Shown piece after piece: positions 25,501-33,171 of a DNA stretch of 42,131 bases. The stretch comes from a virus. The position numbers were made by a program, and so were the translations under genes. How positions within the stretch are numbered: position 1 is the stretch's first letter; every line of letters starts with the position of its first letter. The notes beneath the pieces are model-generated. The model saw only the letters and a list, made by a program, of their open reading frames with translations, did not search any database and was not told where the DNA came from. The DNA lies in IMG/VR virus record IMGVR_UViG_3300002064_000001, positions 1-42,131 of that record. One strand, given 5' to 3'.

Positions 25501-25668
25501 ATGAAAAAAGAATCAAATAAAAACTCTAGCGAGCTAGTATATAAGGCAATAACAATATCATTAATGGCATTATTATTAATTGGCTATATATCATGGTTAA
25601 AAGGTTATCAAAACCATATAGACACATGCACACCGGACCACGTAAACCAAACATGTACGATATCTTAA
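25501..25668 (+). CDS. Small membrane protein (55 aa), first early ORF; not in the supplied track
   Basis: ATG...TAA of 56 codons with a central hydrophobic helix (AITISLMALLLIGYISWL). A promoter lies immediately upstream. Confidence 0.5.
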   Translation: MKKESNKNSSELVYKAITISLMALLLIGYISWLKGYQNHIDTCTPDHVNQTCTIS

Positions 25669-25731
25669 AACTTTTGTTTTATAATTATGTTTATAACAAT
25701 AAGGTTATAGACATATAATCAAACAAAAAAC
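25669..25731 (+). promoter_or_regulatory. Early intergenic element copy 1: AACTTTTGTTTTA, 12-bp hairpin, TATAATCAAA, A/C-rich leader, then ATGAAAACA
   Basis: Hairpin 25686-25697 / 25704-25715 (one U.G). About 65 nt are homologous to 26159-26228. Confidence 0.6.
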
Positions 25732-26160
25732 ATGAAAACAGTATATATAAAAAGAAACACATTATTTCGACCATTTAACATGATGCTATGTAATAATATC
25801 ACCAAAGCAGATGAATCATTTTTTGAAGATAACTATGAATTATTCTATATAGAATGCGAAGAATGCGAGGGACGAGGGTATAAAGACGAGGACGAAAAGG
25901 AAGAATGCGAAGAATGTATGACCGAAGGGCGACATGATACCGACCCTTATCAATACTTTTTGGCTAACGCAGACCAATTTGACCTTGAAAGACTTGACGA
26001 ATACGACGTAAAGCATGGATATTCTGAAGCTCTTGATATGGTGGTAATTCCTATATATGATTTTGGGACTTCTTGGAGTGCATTCAGTTACTCAAAAGAA
26101 GTTGAAGATGACTATGAATTAAGAGATGATGAAACTCTAGAACGTCAAACACACTATTAA
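25732..26160 (+). CDS. Acidic early protein with DnaJ-type CxxCxGxG zinc-finger motif
   Basis: 142 aa, very Asp/Glu-rich, with CEECEGRG followed by CEECMTEG. Confidence 0.45.
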   Translation: MKTVYIKRNTLFRPFNMMLCNNITKADESFFEDNYELFYIECEECEGRGYKDEDEKEECEECMTEGRHDTDPYQYFLANADQFDLERLDEYDVKHGYSEALDMVVIPIYDFGTSWSAFSYSKEVEDDYELRDDETLERQTHY

Positions 26161-26228
26161 ACTTTTGTTTTAATGGTTATGTATATAATCAATTTAGAAT
26201 TGTATACATATAATCAAAACAAAAAAAC
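26159..26228 (+). promoter_or_regulatory. Early intergenic element copy 2
   Basis: Hairpin 26178-26189 / 26199-26210 shows two compensatory changes relative to copy 1. TATAAT lies at 26209-26214. Confidence 0.6.
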
Positions 26229-26729
26229 ATGAAAACAATTACAAAAACAATAGAAGTTTACGAATTTAACGAATTATCAGAAGAAGCGAAACAAAAAGCT
26301 ATCTCAGATTTTAACGAAGTTATAGACTATCCATTTTTAACCGATGACTTAAGAGAATATATTCATGAGGAATTAACCGAAAAAGGTTTTATTTATGACA
26401 AAATTACTCCTCTTTATTCATTGTCACATTCTCAAGGTGATGGATTAATGTTTGAATCTACAGTATCAAAAGATGGAAGCACATACACCATTAAACATAG
26501 TGGGCGATATTACCATGAAAGAAGTACAAATATCACCGGTGAAGATGGTCAAGGGAATGAAATAGATACAAAAGACTTTGAAGAAAATGTATATATTCCT
26601 ATATGTGAAGCAGTAGCAAGAAGAGGATACGACTTTATAGAGTACACAATGAGCGAAGAATACATGCAAGAAACTTGTGACGCTAATGAATATACCTTTA
26701 CAAAAAAGGGAGTAATGGAAAGCGAATAG
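26229..26729 (+). CDS. Acidic early protein, conserved-looking hypothetical (possible anti-restriction/DNA-mimic class)
   Basis: 166 aa with a YEFNELSEEAKQKAI N-terminus and SHSQGDGLMFE. No family confidently recalled. Confidence 0.35.
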   Translation: MKTITKTIEVYEFNELSEEAKQKAISDFNEVIDYPFLTDDLREYIHEELTEKGFIYDKITPLYSLSHSQGDGLMFESTVSKDGSTYTIKHSGRYYHERSTNITGEDGQGNEIDTKDFEENVYIPICEAVARRGYDFIEYTMSEEYMQETCDANEYTFTKKGVMESE

Positions 26730-26831
26730 TTTATACATATCAGTTGTACGATATTTTCGTACAGTTGAAATGTGCAAATTAACATAGCACAATATAGAAG
26801 CAATAAGGCTTTTATATAATCAATAAATAAT

Positions 26832-27053
26832 ATGCAAGAACTTTTAGAATTAATAGAATCATATCAGGACTCACACGATGACGGTGATACTGAAAAATTA
26901 AGAAAAGCATTCATAACATGGTGCAGTGAATTTGACATGAGGGAAGCTTATGTATATGGATTATTAATGACCCAAAAAGACCAGATGAAAAATCACCCTT
27001 ATGAAAATCCGGACGAGTGGGCAAAAGAGATAATAGATATATTAAAACACTAA
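26832..27053 (+). CDS. Hypothetical early protein (73 aa)
   Basis: ATG ORF preceded by TATAATCAATAAATAAT. Confidence 0.5.
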   Translation: MQELLELIESYQDSHDDGDTEKLRKAFITWCSEFDMREAYVYGLLMTQKDQMKNHPYENPDEWAKEIIDILKH

Positions 27054-27079
27054 TATATTAAATTGTAAAATTGTTTTTA

Positions 27080-27200
27080 CAATAGACTAGATAGCGATAT
27101 CAAAATAGCAATTTTGTTTTTTGATTATTGATTATATGTTAAACTCCACGCACGGAGCTATCCAGATATCAAAAACCTTGCAGGGTTGTCTAGTCTATTG
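27080..27200. repeat. 12-14-bp long-range inverted repeat CAATAGACTAGA / TCTAGTCTATTG enclosing two GATATCAAAA direct repeats
   Basis: 27080-27091 is the reverse complement of 27189-27200. GATATCAAAA occurs at 27096-27105 and 27165-27174. The inner hairpin is ctcc-acgcac-ggag. Confidence 0.6.
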
Positions 27201-27214
27201 TGTAAATAATTAAC

Positions 27215-27832
27215 ATGGAAACAAATAAACCACAAAAAAAATGTATAGTATGTAAAGATATACTAGGACCATATAAGCGAAACCGTTGCGACAAAATAGC
27301 ATGCAAGCGATACCGTAAAGACCGAGCACGCAAGCGAAACAAGTGTAAGGTATGCAATGAAATTATGCCAGCAAAACGTGCAAAATATTGCAGTGATGAG
27401 TGCAGTATTGATGCAAAAAAAGAACGTGCTCGCAAATCAGTATTGAAGCAATGCGAATTGTGCCCACGTAGTTTTTATAATGATAAGTCTGGACGTCAAA
27501 GGTTTTGTACTCATTGTAAAAAAACTGGAATGTTAAAGACCAGAAAAATATCTAAATGGTACCAAAAAAAATACCCTACTTTACATAGGACTTGTTTATG
27601 GTGCAATAAATACTTTATATGTACACGCAAAGACAAGCTATATTGTGAAGCTCAGTGCACTAGGCACCATTTAAGAGCAAAGAAAAATGGAAGCAAATCT
27701 CGTCCGGATGGTACTTGTAAACTATGCAAGGGACCAACGAAATTAAAAAGGCATCACTCATGTGACCATTGCGGAGCAGGTAAACCACGGAAGCAGACCG
27801 GTAACGCATGGTGGAAATCACTCGAAGATTAA
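27215..27832 (+). CDS. Highly basic protein with five tandem CxxC...C(x2-4)C zinc-ribbon units
   Basis: 205 aa with 5 repeats (e.g. CKVCNEIMPAKRAKYCSDEC, CLWCNKYFICTRKDKLYCEAQC) separated by Lys/Arg-rich linkers. Confidence 0.6.
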   Translation: METNKPQKKCIVCKDILGPYKRNRCDKIACKRYRKDRARKRNKCKVCNEIMPAKRAKYCSDECSIDAKKERARKSVLKQCELCPRSFYNDKSGRQRFCTHCKKTGMLKTRKISKWYQKKYPTLHRTCLWCNKYFICTRKDKLYCEAQCTRHHLRAKKNGSKSRPDGTCKLCKGPTKLKRHHSCDHCGAGKPRKQTGNAWWKSLED

Positions 27833-27847
27833 CCGTACTTCAAATAG

Positions 27848-27856
27848 TTATCCACA
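27848..27856 (+). promoter_or_regulatory. Second perfect DnaA-box consensus TTATCCACA
   Basis: Exact 9-mer 16 nt after the stop of the zinc-ribbon gene. Confidence 0.45.
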
Positions 27857-27873
27857 CATTAATTAAATATAAC

Positions 27874-27902
27874 TTGCACAAAATATAAGCAAGTGATACT
27901 AT
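27874..27902 (+). promoter_or_regulatory. Sigma70-type promoter TTGCAC-N17-TACTAT
   Basis: Spacing counted directly. It overlaps the inverted repeat ACTTGC...GCAAGT. Confidence 0.5.
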
Positions 27903-27925
27903 CTAAATAGGGACACATTCTGTTT

Positions 27926-27982
27926 AGTGTTCAGGGTATCATTCACAGCAGTCCTTAATTAAGGATTGATACCTTGAACACT
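27926..27982 (+). other. 57-nt extended hairpin (16-bp outer stem with one G.U, 14-bp inner palindrome tccttaattaagga)
   Basis: 27926-27941 pairs with 27967-27982. There is no trailing U-tract, so it is more likely a processing/regulatory hairpin than a terminator. Confidence 0.6.
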
Positions 27983-28021
27983 GCACAGTATTATAATAAC
28001 CGCAGTAAATAATTATTAAAT

Positions 28022-28510
28022 ATGTATTACATTACACCAGACCTTGAAGTAGTTAAAGGTGACTTCGTATCACAAGACGAAACACATACTACATTTAAGA
28101 GTGAAGATACAGCAGTACACTCACCAGAAATGATGACAACTATTGAATCTAAAATCACAACACTTTATAAGATTGAAAACGAACGAGTATTCAAATCTAA
28201 AAAGAAAGCAGAAGCTTCTATCCCTCACTTCGTTGCACAAGCTACACTACATGGAGTAGCTATGAACAATAACGAAATTGAAAACCTTAACAATAAGGTT
28301 GAAGAGCTTCGTAAAATGACACAGTCTAAAGCAGACACTACACGAATCTCACTTGATAAGGTTAAACAAACAGTAGAGCGGGGACGTGACGCAAACTACA
28401 TTAACTTCTCATCATTGAAAGAGCGAATGGAAACAACACCTCTAGGATTCTTCTTGGTAACATTAGTTACATTTACTTGCGTACATTATATAACATCATT
28501 AATTTTCTAA
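28022..28510 (+). CDS. Tail-anchored membrane protein with coiled coil
   Basis: 162 aa with a C-terminal hydrophobic helix GFFLVTLVTFTCVHYITSLIF. Confidence 0.45.
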   Translation: MYYITPDLEVVKGDFVSQDETHTTFKSEDTAVHSPEMMTTIESKITTLYKIENERVFKSKKKAEASIPHFVAQATLHGVAMNNNEIENLNNKVEELRKMTQSKADTTRISLDKVKQTVERGRDANYINFSSLKERMETTPLGFFLVTLVTFTCVHYITSLIF

Positions 28511-28516
28511 ACTATT

Positions 28517-29020
28517 ATGAGTAAAAATATTAACTTGAATGTTAGTGATACGACCGTAGAAAATATTGACTTCATTAAATTCCATGATGATATTGGTAAC
28601 AATACTCAAGCAATTAAAACAGCAATTAATTTCTACGCTCAACACTTACGTAAGGAGGACGCAAAGATTACCAACTATACTAAGGCACCTAAAACAAATA
28701 GTGTTGCTAAAGTTAAGGTAACCAAAGCAGAATCTGATATGGAAAAAGGGAAAGAATTATGTGTGCTAGATTTTGAAGGGAGTATCGTTGATGAAGAAGG
28801 TAACCCAGACGCAAACGGACTGTACTGTAAGTACGATTCATTTGAACAAGTTACTGATAACAAATTCTTCAAGACTCCAGATATTATTAATCCATTAGAA
28901 CGTCTAGAAGGTATGCTTGCCAGTGGTGAGAAGTACCGTAACACAGACAAGCGAGCTGTTGATAAGTTCGCAAAGCGTGATGACGTAGAGTTTACACTCA
29001 TCAATGCCGGACGAGAATAA
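28517..29020 (+). CDS. Putative ribbon-helix-helix (CopG/Arc-like) DNA-binding protein with C-terminal extension
   Basis: The N-terminus INLNVSDTTVENIDFIK...NNTQAIKTAINFYAQHL fits a beta-strand plus two-helix RHH pattern. Confidence 0.4.
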   Translation: MSKNINLNVSDTTVENIDFIKFHDDIGNNTQAIKTAINFYAQHLRKEDAKITNYTKAPKTNSVAKVKVTKAESDMEKGKELCVLDFEGSIVDEEGNPDANGLYCKYDSFEQVTDNKFFKTPDIINPLERLEGMLASGEKYRNTDKRAVDKFAKRDDVEFTLINAGRE

Positions 29021-29342
29021 GTGTGAGGACATTGTCCTTTGTAGACATAAGCACTGTAGAGAAAAAGAATTATCTATCAGTGAATGGAAACAGTTAGCTG
29101 ATTGGCTTCCTATGATTACAGGTCAAGGAAATTTATTATCTGATATGGCTTCTGAATATCTATATAAGATATCAAAGAATAAAGATAAGACTTCCGTATG
29201 GTATGTAGTCAGACACTTCAAACAATTTGACACACAAAAAGATATATGGTTTACACACAGGTTCAGAGGTGACTTTGAAATATGGCGTGAAGACCATACA
29301 GTTTATCAATTAAGTAACGGGAGTTATCTCGTTCATAAATAA
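29004..29342 (+). CDS. Hypothetical protein (112 aa)
   Basis: ATG ORF overlapping the upstream gene by 17 nt. Confidence 0.45.
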   Translation: MPDENKCEDIVLCRHKHCREKELSISEWKQLADWLPMITGQGNLLSDMASEYLYKISKNKDKTSVWYVVRHFKQFDTQKDIWFTHRFRGDFEIWREDHTVYQLSNGSYLVHK

Positions 29343-29345
29343 ACC

Positions 29346-30551
29346 ATGCAAGCATACAAACACCAAAACGAAATACTAAAAGACCCACGTAAAAAGCTAG
29401 TATTAGCTTGGGATACAGGGACAGGTAAGACCTTTGGTGCTGACCTGCTTAATGAAAAACATAATGTTAAATCTATTGTTATTGTTCCTAAATCTAACAA
29501 AGAGAAATGGGACTTCATGACAGAGAAAGGACACTATGTAGTAACCAAAGAATATTTCCGGGACCATATGGATGAAATGATTTCTACATCTAAATCAATG
29601 GGACTCAATGGTATTACTATTGACGAAGGACACTTCTTTGCAGGGGTAAAATCTGGAATGACAAAATCATTAAAGGCTTACTCTGATAAAATGAATCCGG
29701 AATATGTTTGGATTCTTACAGCTACACCTGTATTGTCTACACCATGGAATGTGTATACTCTAGCGGTACACTGCGGTATGAATCCTAACTACGTTAAGTT
29801 CCGTAAAATGTTTTTTGTTCAAGTACGAATGGGTATGAGAACAATTTGGAAACCAAAGAAAAACATTGACCACTTGCTACACGCACTTCTTATTAAGTTC
29901 ACCGTATGGGTAGACTTTGAAGATGTTGCGAGGGATAACGACCTTGAATACGATGTATCACAACAAACAAAAAAAGAAGTATTCTTTCACCAACCTATTG
30001 ACCAGATTAAAGCAAAGGCTTTACTAACTGAAGAAGGTATTGCACTCTGGACAAAGAAACACACAGTAGAGAATGGGTTTTATGACGATGAATATCTAGG
30101 GCTATCAACATACGAAGACCCTAAACTTACCCACATCTTATCCACAGCTAAGAAGAATCGAAAGCTTGCTGTTATCTGTAGATATCACAGACAAATTGAT
30201 AGATACAAGGAAGCTCTTGAGAACGACGGACACCGTGTGTTTGTTATTAAGGGAGGTGTTAAAGATATTGAAGGGTTGTGTGCTAAGCTTGATGCTATGG
30301 ACGAAGTGATTGTTATCATCCAGTCTAACGTGTCAGAGGGATATGAATTACCTTCATTCCCTTATGCAATCTTTGCGAGTCTATCATTCGCATATAAAGA
30401 TTACAAACAAATGTTCGGACGTTTCCTACGTGTGAACGCTATCACACCTACGCATGTAGACATACTGCTAATGGTTGATGGTATTGATATTGATGTATAC
30501 AAATCAGTATCGAACAAGGAAAACTTTTATCTATCTAATCTTTCTAAGTAA
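29346..30551 (+). CDS. Superfamily-2 (DEAD/SNF2-like) helicase
   Basis: Motif I AWDTGTGKT, motif II TIDEGHFF, motif III ILTATP. Confidence 0.75.
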   Translation: MQAYKHQNEILKDPRKKLVLAWDTGTGKTFGADLLNEKHNVKSIVIVPKSNKEKWDFMTEKGHYVVTKEYFRDHMDEMISTSKSMGLNGITIDEGHFFAGVKSGMTKSLKAYSDKMNPEYVWILTATPVLSTPWNVYTLAVHCGMNPNYVKFRKMFFVQVRMGMRTIWKPKKNIDHLLHALLIKFTVWVDFEDVARDNDLEYDVSQQTKKEVFFHQPIDQIKAKALLTEEGIALWTKKHTVENGFYDDEYLGLSTYEDPKLTHILSTAKKNRKLAVICRYHRQIDRYKEALENDGHRVFVIKGGVKDIEGLCAKLDAMDEVIVIIQSNVSEGYELPSFPYAIFASLSFAYKDYKQMFGRFLRVNAITPTHVDILLMVDGIDIDVYKSVSNKENFYLSNLSK

Positions 30552-30576
30552 CACTTAGAATTATCAAACAATTATT

Positions 30577-31101
30577 ATGCAACCATATACAATAAGAGAC
30601 AAGTTTGCAGACATTATAGAAAAACTTCTTGTAAAGTCTGGTAAAAAGGGAGGGCATGATACCTTCCATGGTATTAAATTCTATGTCTCGAACCACGAAA
30701 CAGAAGAAGATATTTCAAAAAAGAAATATGAATTTGCTTCTGTAAAATTTGATGGTATTGAAGTAACGTTCTATAACGGTAGCTCAGGTTCTGGTAAGGT
30801 TGAACTTGACCTAATAAGATTAAATCAATTTAATTTAAGTCGATATCTTAATGAGGTAGACAAGCGTATTGAGAAAGGTAAATCATATAAACCAAGTCCA
30901 GACGCTTACTACTCTGAAAAAGTAACAGACGATTCAGTTTCTAAAATTATTCAGTCAACAGATTCCGGTAAATACCTAGAAGGATTTGACCACGGTATTG
31001 AATTAGGTCAAGCCAAGGGGTACAAGGAAGCAGTGCAAGAGTTATTGGGTAAACCTGAACTAACTGTTAAAAATTTATCAACAGCTTATTCAACAAACTA
31101 A
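30577..31101 (+). CDS. Hypothetical protein (174 aa)
   Basis: ATG ORF with no motif recognised. Confidence 0.45.
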   Translation: MQPYTIRDKFADIIEKLLVKSGKKGGHDTFHGIKFYVSNHETEEDISKKKYEFASVKFDGIEVTFYNGSSGSGKVELDLIRLNQFNLSRYLNEVDKRIEKGKSYKPSPDAYYSEKVTDDSVSKIIQSTDSGKYLEGFDHGIELGQAKGYKEAVQELLGKPELTVKNLSTAYSTN

Positions 31102-31103
31102 TT

Positions 31104-31337
31104 ATGAATCTACAAGAGAAGGGATTACTATTTGTTTTGTTTGTTATAGTTCTACTTCCTATCTGCCTACTAGCAGGTTGGGTACGTAACCTATATCTAT
31201 TCACTCAATTAGATTTCCAGGAGCCATACAAGGCTGAAGTTATTCGAGGTATCGGGATTACACCACTGGGTGGAATCATTGGGTACATTAATATTAATGA
31301 TGAACATGTTCAAACTATTTCAGACGAAGGAAAATAA
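31104..31337 (+). CDS. Small membrane protein (77 aa)
   Basis: N-terminal TM helix LLFVLFVIVLLPICLLAGW. Confidence 0.45.
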   Translation: MNLQEKGLLFVLFVIVLLPICLLAGWVRNLYLFTQLDFQEPYKAEVIRGIGITPLGGIIGYININDEHVQTISDEGK

Positions 31338-31608
31338 ATACATTAAACATTTAGAAGGAGAGGTCAAGCGTTTGACAAATCTTTCTGAGACTGTTGTAGT
31401 ACACAATGAAATAGCAATAGACGATTCACGATTAAACATGTTACTCAAGTCAGAGTATCAACGTGGTTATGCTGATGCTATTATTAAAACATCTGCTGAC
31501 TATGAATCTAAGTTTACTGATATTACTTATAAGTATAACGATTTGTTTCAACATCTTATTGGTAAAGACAATCAATTAACAGACCATCTAATCTATAAAA
31601 ATAATTAA
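31297..31608 (+). CDS. Hypothetical protein (start uncertain: ATG at 31297, 31300 or 31306)
   Basis: The track ORF starts at GTG 31270. The first ATGs are at 31297-31308. Confidence 0.4.
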   Translation: MMNMFKLFQTKENKYIKHLEGEVKRLTNLSETVVVHNEIAIDDSRLNMLLKSEYQRGYADAIIKTSADYESKFTDITYKYNDLFQHLIGKDNQLTDHLIYKNN

Positions 31609-31609
31609 T

Positions 31610-31933
31610 ATGGAAGAATACACAGCATCAGACACCCCAAAAGTGTCAACACCAATCAACCCAAACTCACCATTTGGAATCAACAGAAAAAACCGACGGC
31701 TATTAGAGGGAACAAGAGGTCTTGAGATGAGACATATCCCACGAGTAATGGATTCAGTGTTTCACGATGTAATGACAGAAGAAGGTCATGCTATGGCTAA
31801 GGAGTTAGCAAGTTCAGGATTAATCTTTAACTTTAAAAACTTCAAACGAATTTGCGATAAGAAAGCAAAATCAATTTATCAAGAAATTTTAACTGGTGAT
31901 ATTAGCGTTGCTAATTTACCTCAAGGAGAATAA
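31610..31933 (+). CDS. Hypothetical protein (107 aa)
   Basis: ATG ORF, tightly packed. Confidence 0.45.
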   Translation: MEEYTASDTPKVSTPINPNSPFGINRKNRRLLEGTRGLEMRHIPRVMDSVFHDVMTEEGHAMAKELASSGLIFNFKNFKRICDKKAKSIYQEILTGDISVANLPQGE

Positions 31934-31934
31934 T

Positions 31935-32117
31935 ATGAGTAATTTTACAAAAATGAAAACGGTTTGGCAATTAACCGATGACGACAACAGATTAGAGCTT
32001 GACTACTCAGATAATACATTGTGGGCTATGAATCGTGCTGAAGATATGTATATCAAACTATGTGATATAGCTGATGTTGAGATTCTTATTAAGATTTTAA
32101 AAAATATTAAAAAATAA
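31935..32117 (+). CDS. Hypothetical protein (60 aa)
   Basis: ATG 2 nt after the upstream stop. The longer track version overlaps the upstream gene. Confidence 0.4.
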   Translation: MSNFTKMKTVWQLTDDDNRLELDYSDNTLWAMNRAEDMYIKLCDIADVEILIKILKNIKK

Positions 32118-32118
32118 T

Positions 32119-33024
32119 ATGTCTAAACTACTAATGCTATCAGGACTTCCAGCGTCAGGTAAATCCACATATGCAGAAGACTTGGTAAAGAACTCAGGAG
32201 GAGGATGGGTCAGAGTTAATAAAGACCTAATCAGAACAATGCTACATGCTGATAAGTTTACTTATGCAAATGAGAAGGTTACATTCGGGGCGGAACAGGA
32301 CCTTGCGGAGTACTTACTTGCTATAGGTAAAAACGTAATAGTTGATGATACAAATCTTGGTCAAAGACATCACGATACTTGGAAAGGTTTAGTTGATTCA
32401 ATGAATCAAGTTCTTGAACCTGATGAAAAACCTATTACATTTTCAAAACGAAGATTCAAAGTATCATTTAAGGAATGTCTTGAGCGTAACTGGGCTCGTG
32501 GATTAAAAGTGCCTCAGTCAGCTATTCACCGAATGGCGACTCAATACAAAATGATTGACGGACACTGGAAACCAATTATTATTTGTGACCTTGATGGTAC
32601 TATTGCAGATTTACAACACAGATTACACCACATCCAAAAAGAAAACGCAACAGAAGAAGATTATAGAAATTTCTATTCATCTGAATCTATTGCTAAAGAT
32701 GGACCTATCCAAGAAGTAATTGATATGGTTCAAAAAGAGGAAGAGGCAGGTAAAACTATTATCTTTGTATCAGGTCGCTCAGATGAGTCACGACAAGCTA
32801 CTGAAGACTGGTTATACAAACACATTAACTTTGGTTACTCAGCATTGTTAATGCGTCAAGCAGGAGATAAACGTCCTGACACTGAGGTCAAGAAAGACTT
32901 CTTATTACAAGTACTTAAAGACTACGATATCGAAAAGGTATATGATGACCGACCATCTGTTATCCGAATGTGGAGAGAGAATGGATTGGAAGTTATTGAC
33001 TGTGGAGATGGAGTAGAATTCTAA
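32119..33024 (+). CDS. pnk: Polynucleotide 5'-kinase / 3'-phosphatase (T4 Pnk-like)
   Basis: N-terminal P-loop LSGLPASGKST with RVNKD, plus a C-terminal HAD-type DxDGT motif (ICDLDGTIAD) and FVSGR...DDR. Confidence 0.75.
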   Translation: MSKLLMLSGLPASGKSTYAEDLVKNSGGGWVRVNKDLIRTMLHADKFTYANEKVTFGAEQDLAEYLLAIGKNVIVDDTNLGQRHHDTWKGLVDSMNQVLEPDEKPITFSKRRFKVSFKECLERNWARGLKVPQSAIHRMATQYKMIDGHWKPIIICDLDGTIADLQHRLHHIQKENATEEDYRNFYSSESIAKDGPIQEVIDMVQKEEEAGKTIIFVSGRSDESRQATEDWLYKHINFGYSALLMRQAGDKRPDTEVKKDFLLQVLKDYDIEKVYDDRPSVIRMWRENGLEVIDCGDGVEF

Positions 33025-33041
33025 TAATAAATATATTTAAT

Positions 33042-33155
33042 ATGAACGAAGATGAATGTTATTGCTGTCCTTGTTGTGACGAATGTTGCGAAGGGTGTTG
33101 CTCAGACTATGCAGACGGGCATTGTGAATGCTGGGAAGGAGACGAAGATTATTAA
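33042..33155 (+). CDS. 37-aa cysteine-rich acidic micro-protein (11 Cys); not in the supplied track
   Basis: Hand translation gives MNEDECYCCPCCDECCEGCCSDYADGHCECWEGDEDY*. It fills the gap between pnk and the dNMP kinase gene. Confidence 0.5.
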   Translation: MNEDECYCCPCCDECCEGCCSDYADGHCECWEGDEDY

Positions 33156-33171
33156 TTAAAAAATAACCACT

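Noticed and set aside
25669-26228. Repeated intergenic elements considered as a CRISPR-like array
   Set aside because: There are only two full copies. They are separated by a 429-bp protein-coding gene, and the repeats contain promoter-like and leader sequences ending in start codons.
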